Source: Rhizodiscina lignyota (taxonomy: Eukaryota). From it: a stretch of 64,000 nt of DNA. How positions within the stretch are numbered: the first letter of the stretch is position 1; each line of letters starts with the position of its first letter. The notes beneath the pieces were generated by a model. The model saw only the letters and a program-made list of their open reading frames with translations. It had not been told where the DNA came from and searched no databases. Below are positions 1 to 11,654 of this stretch, piece after piece. Position numbers and translations under genes: made by a program. Location of the stretch: positions 2,914,001 through 2,978,000 of the forward strand of contig ML978121.1 of the NCBI GenBank assembly GCA_010015805.1, written 5' to 3'.

Positions 1-49
1 GTCTTTGGATCTACCCCTTCCGATATTACAGGTTCTGACATTGGAATAG

Positions 50-1280
50 AGTTGTAGCAGCTGTATATAGCTGGTGGTTTGATCTCCCAGTCAAGGTTTT
101 GGTCCCATACATCTCCGAGCGCCTCATGCTGGAAACGGACTTCATCAACGAAGCAAATAACTCAGAAGAGATGGCAAAGTTTGTAGCAGCAGAGCCCCGC
201 CTAAGAGGTCGTGTGTATATCCCGAAGGTTTACCGCAATCTCTCCTCAAGACGAGTCATGACGGCGGAATGGATCGAAGGCATTCGACTTTGGGACAAAG
301 AAGGCATCGAGAAACCATGGGAAGGCGGCTGGCATAACGGCAGCCCTGGAGCTGGAGGCGCACCCTTACCTGAAGTCACCGCCAAGGAGAAGATCGACCA
401 TATTCCGTCAAACGATCCAAATAATGAGAAGCTGAAGCCTGAACGCACAGCATGGCGCGGCCCGAATAGAACTGGTGGTCTAGGTCTTTCCTACAAGCCC
501 ATCATGACTACAATGGTTGATCTCTTCTCCGCACAGATGTTTCTCTGGGGTTTGGTACATTGCGACCCGCATCCAGGGAACATCTTCATCCGCCGCCTAC
601 CGTCCGGGAATCCGGAGCTCGTGCTCATTGACCATGGACTCTACATTCGCATGTCGCCCGAGTTCAAGCACCAGTATTCGCGTTTCTGGAAAGCTCTGAT
701 CAGCTTCGACAATGCGACCATCAAAGATGTCGTGAACAGCTGGGGCGTCACTAATCCAGACGTTTTTGCTAGCGCAACGCTCATGAGGCCGTATTCGGGG
801 GGCGACATGAGCACCAACAACGCCCTGAGGAAGCAGAAACAGTGGGAAGAGGAAGGGTTGGACGAGCAAGAAAGAGCTTATCGCATGCAACAAGAGATGC
901 GGAAGGGCATCCGGCAGATTCTTGGCGATGAGAACAAATGGCCAAGAGAGCTAATTTTCATCGGTCGCAACCTACGAATTGTGCAAGGGAATAATCAATT
1001 CCTCGGAAGTCCCGTTAATCGGATTAAAATTACCGGACTATGGGCCAGCAGAGCGCTTGTGGAGGACAAGGACCTAAGTCTAACGCAGCGCGCCGGCTAT
1101 TTCGGCAGACATTTAGTCTTTAGGCTTGTGCTATGGGCCAGCGACGTCGCATGGTGGTATTATAGAGCTAGACAGGTGCTCGGCATAGGTGGTGGAATGG
1201 ATCAAGAGATCGAGGAGAATATGAAGAGGATGGCGAAGGGAATGGGCATAGAGCTCAATCACGGTGTGTTTGAGGGTTGA
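50..1280 (+). CDS. ABC1/UbiB (ADCK1/Mcp2-like) atypical kinase, 3' part; gene begins upstream of the window
   Basis: Motifs ETDFINEANN, VMTAEWIEG, HCDPHPGNIFIR and VLIDHGLY. An intron 3' end (ctgac...tag) lies at 36-49 and the frame is open from 51. Confidence 0.9.
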
Positions 1281-1458
1281 GTGAGACCGACAGATCTTGG
1301 GTATTGCAAACATTTCCCTGCATATAGAATTCCTGAGCTGAAAAGAGAGAGATATTTGGCTGTATATAGATTTGTAGTTACTACACTCAGACCACCGGAA
1401 TATCAATCCACACTGTACTTGTCTAATCAAACCTCGGGAATTGAAATGTGATCAAAAC

Positions 1459-2515
1459 TTATGCTTGATTTGCTCCCTGATTGATCGTACTCGTACTGCC
1501 CACAAAGACGACCTGTACCGAAGCATATCTGGAAACTGTAAGTCTAAAATCCATCCCCGCATTGGACCCATTGTGGAAATGGACTTACGCTGCTGTGGCC
1601 GCGAAGATCTCCACTGACCGTGCGGTTGTGAAGATATCCAAAGCAGTGGAAAATATGAAGGAGAACGCCATAATGGAACACAAGCGGAGATGGAGGGTCG
1701 GGATGAAATAGAGCGCGAGGACTGTCGAAGATGGCATTACTGTGGAGAGGAGTACGCTCATCGATCGCGCCACGGCACCAACCACTCGTCTTTGACATCT
1801 AGCACGGCGGTCGTCTCGAAACCGACAAGTTTCTGTTTCGCTTAGCAATACAATGCAAACTCTAAGCAGAGTCGTGAGCAAATACTTGAAGCTTTGTATA
1901 AAACTTCTCCATTATCCAAGGCACAAATTTTCCCGCGAGCATTTTTGTAAAGCTGTCGAACTCTGGTCCTTGAGACAGAGCAACCAGATCCTTAATATGG
2001 TCACTGTCCCAAGGCATGGCCTCGACATCTTCGAGGAAACTGCCTCCCTTTCCGGGGTGATGGAGCCATTCATTCAAGAGACCGAGATCTTGCCCCCGAG
2101 CAGCAGGAAGCTTGAGAAGTTGCGCCTGCTGCAATAGAGCAGCATCTTTCGGATATCAGTGTCTTGTGTTGACCACTCTCTGACCAATACGCTTTGTCTT
2201 ACTGTATACGCTTAGCTTCCCCCGAACTTTAACAACTACATTCCATTGCTCATTACTCTCAGCTGTTTCGGATTCAAGAAAGGTTTTTGCGCGGTTCTCA
2301 TATGCCTGTTCTGTACCGTCTGGCGAGTTGTGATCCAGCGACGTGATAACAAACAGGCGTTGCTGAAGATGCAGAAGCTCCGCTTGCATGTAAAGCAGAT
2401 TCCTTGCATTCAGCTCGGCGAATCGCTTGAACATGTTTAGACCGGGATACGTTCCCATTTGCCGAGCAAGGCCAGGGTAGCCGCCGGCGACATCGTCAAC
2501 CGTAGTCGTACTCAT
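1459..2515 (-). CDS. DUF6594-type membrane protein; apparent 1-nt frameshift near 1780, so possibly a pseudogene or a sequencing error
   Basis: N-terminal GYPGLARQM...FKRFAELNARNLLYMQAELLHLQ, then YNAALLQQ and DLVAL. C-terminal hydrophobic helices end in EIFAATAA/YASVQVVFVG. Introns at about 2202-2146, 1885-1833 and 1588-1529. Confidence 0.8.
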
Positions 2516-2842
2516 TGGATTCGTTAACTGTGTATGTAAGATGAGTGTTATTGTTGATTCTCCTGAACTGAGATATGTCACAGCGTCCAGACATGCCTCA
2601 ACCGACTTTCCGAGAGACTGCAAGGCTGCCAAGGTCGTATAAAGTGGTTCCATTGAGGCTGTACACCCGCATTTCTGCAGATGTACGCCCCGTTGCCCGG
2701 CGGCAGCCTTGTGTAAGTGCAAATGATTTAAGAACGGATTTATCGCTCGATACTGTCCTAGCTCTTTCACACTCCGCAGTCCTTGCCATTTACCCACATT
2801 AACGAAAAGCCCTTGATCCTAACACATAATGAACAGCTCAGC

Positions 2843-3847
2843 ATGGATCCTGCGCGGCATAAATATTATGTGTACTCACAACAGGAGAATGCCTTCGTTT
2901 ATCAGGACGGCGAGCGTGTACCCACAAGCTATGAAGGCATTCAGAGCCTGACTCTCGAAGCCCAAATGGAAAGGAATGAAACCTTGTCATATCCGAGACA
3001 AGAGCACGTGGTGCAGTCTAAAACAAGACTTCGTGATTCTGAAATATCTCATGGTAAAGAGCCAAGAGCCTCGTCCCATTATAGAGAGCCCCATTGTACT
3101 CATAAAGGAGTTCAGATTCCAGCGACGATGACGACGACCACGACTATGCTAGTAATGGCCAAGCAAATAAGCCACTAGCAATGATTCGCAATGATTTCCG
3201 GAATGCCCTTCTCGGTAACGTCAATGCGGGAGGAGGAAGTGACGAAAGGACAATAGCGCTTGTGGCACGCATTGCATACGTCGATGTCAGTGATGAATCG
3301 AAACCTGCCGTGGCACGGCTAGATACTGGTGCAGATTACAATTTCGTGCTTCGGGTACGACTGGAGGAATGGGGTATCCACCATCAAATCGCATATCCCA
3401 CAGCGAGCGAGATAGCGGTGACGCTTGGCGATGGCACACACACTAAAGTTCGTGGTGAGATCACACTGAATTGGCATCTGCGAGGTGGCACTCATATTTG
3501 GCAATCCAATTTCTTCATCCTTGACACAATGCCCTACGACATGATCATAGGAGTTCGAGAGTGCGTGGAGCGCAAACTTATCAGCTTCAATTTACCAGAT
3601 CCAGGTTTTGGTGCCCTCACCAGTACGCTGTCGAAAGGTAGGAAGACACAATGCTTGGTTAATATCAAAGTAGAGGCTGACGATAGTTATAGAAGAGAAG
3701 CAGAAACTCATGGAGCTGGAGCGGCAGGCAAAGGAGAAGAACAAGAAAAAGAGCGATAAGGAGCTGCGACAAATAGCAAAGGACCTCAAGAAGAGCCAAG
3801 CAGACCAGGGTACTAGTCCTGGCAGCTCAAGCGGTCGTGAGCTCTAG
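2843..3847 (+). CDS. Stand-alone retropepsin-like (clan AA) aspartic protease with a C-terminal charged coiled-coil
   Basis: ARLDTGADYNFV catalytic motif, flap-like VTLGDG, and YDMIIG. Predicted introns 3054-3115 and 3638-3692 give an intact ORF of about 295 aa. A possible upstream intron lies at 2713-2836. No gag, RT or integrase sequence nearby. Confidence 0.75.
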
Positions 3848-4230
3848 AATGGCCTCTTTCGAGGATTCATGATCTGAAAATGAAGGGCTGTTCATGTTCC
3901 GTACAGTAACGGACAGAAGACCAAGAGTGAGTAAGGAATGACATAGGCTCGAGCGCGTTAGGTACAGGACGAGCAATGGTTATAGGAGTCCATAGTGCTC
4001 AACGAAGGCAATAATTTTTTCATCGTATGGCGTACCGAGAGAGTTACTTGTCCGGATTAGTTTCGGTACATTATCGGTCTGCGGTTGTGCACGTGACTAG
4101 GCTAGCAATGCCAAGACTTCAGTTAAGCGAAATTTTGAAAACCCACACACGACAGCTCGAAGCACCACTACATTGGACCTACAACCACCTTCGCTTCTTT
4201 CGACATCCGTGATAGCACAATACCGCAATC

Positions 4231-5240
4231 ATGGGTCGTGGTCCTAAGAAGCACCAAAAGCGCCTCAGCGCGCCGCGCCATTGGCTGCTGGACAAATTGT
4301 CCGGTGTGTATGCGCCAAAGCCATCTCCAGGCCCGCACAAGACGAGGGATTGCATGCCCTTGATCATCTTCATCAGGAACAGGTTCGTATACCCCTCTTT
4401 AAGCATTCTGCCTTAGAAATTTGGAAGATTGAGCAATGCTGACGGGTTCGGGATTTTGACAGACTCAAGTACGCCCTCAACGGCCGCGAGACCAAGGCTA
4501 TTATGATGCAGCGCCTCATCAGGGTCGACGCCAAGGTTCGCACCGATGTGAACTATCCCGCCGGCTTCATGGATGTCATCTCGATTGAGAAGACTGGCGA
4601 GCACTTTCGCTTGGTCTATGACACCAAGGGTCGCTTCACCGTCCACCGCATCTCGAACGAGGAGGCCGAATACAAGCTGGGCAAGGTGAAGAGGGTCCAG
4701 CTGGGCAAGGGCGGAGTCCCATTCTTGGTTACGCATGATGCGCGGACGTGAGTATTCCTGCTCGCGGCATCTATCAGCCGTTGGACCAAGTTTTGGTGAT
4801 GCAATATACTGATGGAGATTGGATTTTTGTAGGATCCGTTACCCCGACCCGGCGATCAAGGTCAACGATACGGTCAAGATCGACCTTGCGACTGGCAAGA
4901 TCACCGACTTCATCAAGTTCGATACTGGCGTCATTGCCATGGCGACTGGTGGCCGTAACATGGGTCGTGTCGGCGTCATCACTCACCGTGAGAGGCACGA
5001 CGGTGGTTTCAATATTGTGCACATTAAGGATGCCGTTGACAACGAGTTCGCAACTCGGGAGTCCAATGTCTTCGTCATCGGACAAGAGAAGCCGTGGATC
5101 AGTCTGCCGAAGGGCAAGGGTGTCAAGGTGAGCTTCACATACTACGAAGTGTTTCAATGAGTGCAGTTCTAACACACACATAGCTTTCCATTGCGGAAGA
5201 GCGTGACAGGAGGAGGGCGCAGCAGCTTGCTGGCCACTAA
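4231..5240 (+). CDS. RPS4: 40S ribosomal protein S4 (eS4)
   Basis: [23 protein letters not shown]...[21 protein letters not shown]. Introns 4383-4462, 4748-4832 and 5128-5183. Confidence 0.98.
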
Positions 5241-6137
5241 GGGATCACAAGGAAAAGCCTTTCCTATTACGTTTCCGGCGCTGGGGCTCGGTGACTCTTA
5301 CATGACAGCATTTGGCCCAAAATCGTAGTGGCCATGAGGTTGAAGACTCCAATCATGTTCTCATAGCATGGGAATGGCATGAATGCATCTGAAAATTAAG
5401 CAATGTCCTAACCGGTCGAAATTCTTTTGCACTCCTACAAGGATTCCCTGTCCATTTGTGAATCTCTCGTACCTCCGCATCGGCCGTTCACATCATACTT
5501 CTCTGTGTGACGTTCCAGGCCTCCCATCCTCTAGCTGCCCAAACCAATACCTAAATTACTGAAGACGGATAAAGATAAACAGATTACTTGCAGAAGTACG
5601 AAGGCTGAAGCATTCCAATTTCAGCTTTCTGCGCCAAGTAGCGCCCTCGGAAGCTTCAGCGAACTACACGAGTTGGTTTCCTCACGCTTGCTATGTGTGG
5701 CTTCTTGGAGATGCTGACTCACGTCGGATTTTTGTAGGGAGTTTTCCAGGCAGTAGATGCGTTTTCACGAACTATTACGTCTTATTTCAAATTGTCGACT
5801 AATTAAAATCTTCACGGTTGAAGCAGAGGTTCAACTTCAAGGACAGCTTAGAAAGGGTTTAGCGCCCCCTAGGGACGATGCTACCCAAGCAGTGGAAATC
5901 GGTGGACGCTCTATGACCATCATCAGCTAACACCAACTCTCATAGACAAGCTGAACTGCGCTTAAGAGGATATCCAAGCGCCTATCTGAAGTGGTTCGAA
6001 TAAATTTGATGTCCAGATCAAGTTGCGAACCACATTAAGTTAGTTTACCTTATCAACCACCGATATTACTACGATATCCCCTTCACCTTTTATATAAGAC
6101 GCTATCTGATCCTTCCTCGGCGCCGAGCTCTAGTATC

Positions 6138-7567
6138 ATGTGCTTAGCTCTCTTTTTTCTCTTGGTACTTGGCTTCCAAGCTCGTGAAGGTTCTCCACTA
6201 CCAATAACTGCGATTGTGTCACGCAACATCTCTAGCAGGAACGAATTTCAGGGATTCAGGCTCATAGGGGCCGGACTGGTCCATCAACACTCATGCGGAA
6301 TCGGGTGTTCTTGGCTGGATGGTAACTATGTGCTCCATTGCGCTGTCTGTTCTTATTTAAGAGCCGGAGAAAGGACCGCAAACTCTACACACTCGCCAGT
6401 GTAAAACTTGTCTAGTAGTTAAAAGACTTTCTAATTGACAACTTGTTTCTATTCCCTCTCTTACTATCCCAAATTTCCTTAAACAGACATATTAATCATG
6501 CTCCACGACGTCAGCATTGCCCTGACCAAGCCGCCTCTGGCAAATGACCTTGCCTATCTTGGGGAAGGCCTTGCGAATATGGCAACAACTCCATACACAC
6601 TAGACAAGTGGGGAGATGGCTGGATCCCTCAAGAGTCCAAGACCATAGTCACCAGTGTGGGAGGGCTCAGCTTTAATCCTTCGGACTTCTTGGTGTACAA
6701 CGTTCATTATGCAGACGTTTGTCACGCCGGCATCGCCATCTTCCACGCTCATAGCGTCAGATACTAACGCGTTTCAAAGTGTCCCGATCCATGGGTGTTC
6801 TGCCATCACAAAGATGCTGGAATCACTATCGATTCGATGGCGAGCCAATTTGGCAGACTGCCGATCCAGATGCGTCAGTGGGTTCGCCACGTCAATGTCG
6901 TGCCCGGTGATGGCGGTTGGGCGTTCGAGTGGAACGGAAGCCTCACCTTCATTGGGCCCATCGATTACATGGCGAACGTGATTGTGCACGAGACTGCTCA
7001 CAGTCTCGACTTGAACGGAGCATGTATGTCACGAACCTTCCTCGCTCTCGTCACTTTCTTGTCGTGCTATATCCTCTCTCTTCCTATCCCCCTTAACATG
7101 ATTTGTAACGTGCCGACCCCATAGACTCCGACAACCCCCTCTCGTCCTCGGACAACTGGTGGAACAACTACGACCAGGACTCGAATGTTCCGGACCCGTA
7201 TGCGACGAGCAACGCAATCGAGTGCGTCGCGCAGGCCACCGTCGTGGCTTTCTTCAACGAGAACATCACCGGCGGCTTCGAGTCCGTCGAGCCGAACCAC
7301 GACAAGATCTCGCACCAGTATACCACCATCATCGCCGAGGCGTTGAGTGCCGGCCAGGGCAACAGCATCTTTCTTGTGGGCCAGAATGTACCCGCCACGC
7401 ACCGACTGCCGAACAGTGATCCCGTTCCCATGGTCGATGCTCCGGCTGGGTCGTTGAGCCTTGTCGGTCTCGGGGAGCCGCCGGATGTGACGATTAAGGG
7501 TGATGTGACGCTTGTTGATACAAGCCACAGGGCGGATCCGCATAGTGGCTGTACGCTCACTTGGTGA
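6138..7567 (+). CDS. Secreted conidiation-specific protein 13 (con-13)-like protein with an HEXXH motif
   Basis: Signal-like N-terminus. Contains WGDGWIPQ, NVHYADCPDPWVFCHHK, FGRLPIQMRQWVRH, VIVHETAHSLD and DSNVPDPYA. Introns at about 6322-6486, 6717-6779 and 7024-7124. First exon is less certain. Confidence 0.7.
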
Positions 7568-8239
7568 GGATTATGTATAAAGTAGGAGATAAAGCTGTCA
7601 GTCAGCATGGAATGTGGAATCGTTTGCCAATGCGAAAACCAAGTGAGACGCATGAGCACGCGACAGCACAGAGTGAGAAATGTATGGAATGTTGGTTGAA
7701 CGATTGCACGAAGCGGATGATGAAAATTAATCAGATGATATGGGATTTATCTTACTCGTACACCGTATCATGGCCTTTTCCCGGGTGGGACATGCAAATG
7801 TTGAAAACACATTACTTCCTACAAGCGCGGAGGAACCCTCCTGGGAAGACTGTTATGTTAGTAACGCAGATTGACTCGAGAAGCCCTTTTTCCATATCAA
7901 GCTAGCAATTTTTTGTTGCTGTTCATTGCTCGTTACCTCTCATGTACACCATCTCTACTCGTCGCTTCTGTTCTGACATTCCTCAGACCGTACTTGCAGA
8001 ATTAAACTCCTTAGACTCTGTAATTACTCCTTACACGTCTTCTCATAACGTAACAGAAGTCGACTAGGTTGATAGTTTAGCATCCAATAATGGGTTTCTA
8101 CCCTTTGGAGGCAGGTCAAACGCATCTGTCTGTATTAGAAAAAGATCCTGCTCAGAGATTATGTATCGTTGGAGTCCCATACCTCATGGCTCATGGTCGG
8201 TGTGCTCATATCTCATAAGATCTCATCTGGGCCATCTCT

Positions 8240-9471
8240 TCAATCGGTCCTCGGAAGCTCGCCTTCGACATGCATCGACAACTCGCCATTCGAAGCCTTC
8301 ACCACATCTTCGAAACTACACCATAGTTAGCACTCCCATCTGTATCATCCCACTATCTCGCCGCAACTCACCAAGACTGAAACATGATATACGTCATCTC
8401 ATCATTATACACGTTCCTCGTCCATTCCGCCTCCTCATGGCCAATCTTCTTCGTCGTCGTGCCGCGGCCCGCGCACGCCGCGTCCGCCATAAGCTGCGCT
8501 TCGATGCAGCGGTCCATCGCGCCGAACAAGAACGTAGCGGCGTCGACAGTCTTCGCAACGGTGAGGATACCGTGGTTTTGTAAGATCACGGCCTTCTTGT
8601 CGCCCAGAGCCTGCGCGAGGCGTGCGCCCTCTTCGTGCGCGTAGACAATGCCACCGAAGGAGGCGTAGAGGGAGTGGTCTTGGTAGAAGCTGCGAGATGC
8701 GTTAGGTTATTGGTGCTGATACTTAAGGATATGGAGAGTGACATACCGGCAGGCGTCCTGGCTGATGGGTTCGAGTTCGCAGCCGATACTTGCAAACGCC
8801 TTGCTTGGCACGCTGTGACAATGTACTGCGGCCAGCACATCCGGTCGCGCCTTATGCAGCGCATTGTGAATCGCAAAGCCTGCTGGGTTGACAGTATGCA
8901 TGTTTCCTTTGCCACCTGCTCCGTCGACCTCAACAACCTCGCCCTGGTCGTTGACCAGACATAAATCTTCGGGTTTCATGTGCTTGAACGATTTGCCGTG
9001 TGGATTGATCCAGAAATGCTCGTGCAAGATTGGGTCGCGCACAGTTCTACAAGTCGTGAATCAGTCTGTTGTGAATATATGGATGCGCAGGATATCATAC
9101 ACGTGCCCACCAGCGCCTTCATTATTGTAGCCATTGTAGCCGAGCCAGCGGAGAGCAGCGGCATGATGGAGCTTGCGGAACTCTCTCTCGTGCTCTAGAC
9201 TCATGAACTTGGGCAGGCGGATCTGTTTGATCGGTTTTGTCTGCGTGCCCGACGCTGGATATGCGCCATATTTGAAACCGGGGAGATGGTTGACTTCTTG
9301 GATGCTCTGATTCGCTCGTGCGGTCTTGTCCGGAGGGTACATTCCTGGAGATGTTTCATTTTTCGTAGCACTGGTACCGGCATGGGTCGCGAGATATTGT
9401 GTCCTGATGATGCTTGGAGGAGCTGAGAGCTTAGATGCTCGAGCGAGTCTTGAAACGCTGCATCTCATCAT
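8240..9471 (-). CDS. Class II aldolase/adducin family protein with a mitochondrial-like presequence
   Basis: EGAGGHVTVRDP, FWINPHG, VNPAGFAIHNALHKARPDVLAAVHCHS and ILQNHGILT. Three introns. N-terminus is Arg/Ser-rich and lacks acidic residues. Confidence 0.9.
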
Positions 9472-11654
9472 TTTGGTGGCGACGTAGAAAGACAGATAAT
9501 GAGATGCAAAACTATTGTAATATTTTCCGATTTTGGAATAGAAATAGACGTCAAATGGTTGGAAAGCAATGAAAGTTCGTCTTTGCGGAGGTGCATCAGA
9601 TATTACCGAAACGTGCCTTTCAAGGCCGTCAGAGTGAGGTGGGGTATCCGGCCTGCGACAACGCTCTCGTGCAATGATGGGCTGCGCACCTAGTTCAGCA
9701 TGCAGCTACTTTAACAGCTCTACAATTCCTAATTATACGGCTTTGTACGCTCGGGTAGTTGCTGCAGAGCTACACAACTTCAAAACGAGGGAGGTCGGGG
9801 ACTCTCCTGAAACTTGATCACGTGTAACCTGTTTGGCGACGGGATGTCTCTTTTGTAACGAACGCTGAGTGCATTTTGGATTGAGATGTGAAAAGGGGGA
9901 CAAACTCCACTTCTGGATATCTCCATGGAAAGCCTTATGATGATGTTGCCATTCTTGGCAGCTCTGTGCTTTGTGACCATGTAATCAAATCTCCAGATGC
10001 CCCTGGCAGAGCACCGTGCCTGTATCTATAAGAGGCGGCTTAAAAGTCCGAAAGGATTTCTACTCCGGTGAGCTGGAACAGACCTCCGTCAATGTGGTCA
10101 TGTGTCGCCAGTCAGAGCCTCAGAGGAATATTCCCCGAAGTCAAGGAATTTTCGATAGTTCGTAAAAGGGAGGTTGTCACCAATGGAGGCGCTTATGTGC
10201 GATGGTGAGCACGGACAAGGTGTGCAGATGGGCGGTCGACCTTCCTTGTTGGTAATTTGGAGAACTTGCGGAAAGCTTCCAGAAAATTGGCGAGCGGAGT
10301 CTAGTGAGTGCATGGGACGCCTGCTGGTACCGACGCGCGTAAGCCTATCGTGATATCGAAAAGTGGATGTGGAACTTTTTGATGGAGGCTCATTTTAAAA
10401 TTTGCTGATGATCAGAGTTGAGAATTTGAGGCAACGATTGCTCCTGTTGAGCTGAAAGAAGGATGGATACAGATTTGGAAGTGGATGCTGGGAGGTGCAG
10501 CTCTCGCTACAGCACAAAGCCAGCCTCGAGCTCCTCCAGCTTGGAAGAAGGGCGTCAGAGTTGATTTAGCTGCATACCATGCCAGTGGCTCGTGGTGGAG
10601 ATGGGAGGCGACCCGGGTTGTCAGTGGCACGTCTGCGACGATCAAACCCACGGCTATCATCGCCTCATGCTGTTACAGCGACCCCATCGTGATCGTTCTG
10701 GTCTGACTGCGAAATGTCACTTGGAGGACACGGGAGGAAAATGCTGGACCGGGTTGAAAGCAATAATAAGCGATAGCCTTCCTTAGCTTTGACCGAACAA
10801 CCGTATCTCTTTCCCCTCCCAGGCCCCTCCCCTGCCACCTCCTCATGCACGCTGCGAGACGGGAGTCTTGTACAGCTTTCGGCCAATAATCCGCCTGCTG
10901 GAGCGGCTTGCGGGGAGAAGGAGTGGCTGCACGAGTGTCTGGCCACCGTCCAAGCCGCAAAGTTGGAAGGTGAAGGAGCAGAGCTGCAGAGGTGCGTTTT
11001 GGAGGCCTCACTGCCTCATCAATTGCGTACGCTTTGCGGTGCGGCGGGCTGCTAGCGGCCGTGGGCCAGAATTCCAACTTCGGCCATTCGCTTCCTCACA
11101 CCCACCCCCCATCTCACCACCACGCTGCGAAACCTATACCTCCCGCCACCGCGGCGCCGCTCCCTCCAGCGCTTCCAGAACGACTCGGAATAATTATTCG
11201 TTCGACATCAGCCGCTATTCACCTGAACCTAATCTTTACGCGCACGCGCCGCACCCCGAACGTGGCTCTGCGAATACGTACCTACCACTGGATCCGCTCG
11301 TTTCTGGTTTCCGATCTCCAGACGTCGCACGTATCGAACGTCCAATCCCCTACGCAATCCTCACGCACCTTCATCTCTCGACGTCTGTTTCGTCACTGGC
11401 GAGGGCTAATGCAATCGGAAGAATAGCTGCCGCAGATCTGCTGTACGTCTGCTTGCACATGGGAATTCGACACCAAGAAGCTTTCCAAGATCTCAAGAGG
11501 CTCGGCTGCTGGATCTCATACAACCCTGGACACTGACAATTCCGCTCCTGCAGCTCTACTAAATAATTTCTTTACTCCGAAAAGACGAATTCGGCCCTTA
11601 CCACCGAACTGCTCAAATACGGGGCGATAACGACGCGAAGGGGCCGCCGCCAAT

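Noticed and set aside
3181..3640. LTR retrotransposon (protease motif)
   Set aside because: No gag, RT, RNase H, integrase or LTRs are visible, and the gene has spliceosomal introns.
4748..4832. Intronic box C/D snoRNA in RPS4
   Set aside because: The TGATG and CTGA words are too close together, and the CTGA is the branch site.
9500..11650. ORFs upstream of palI (e.g. 10868-11536)
   Set aside because: No recognisable motifs or coherent splice model; treated as promoter and 5'UTR.
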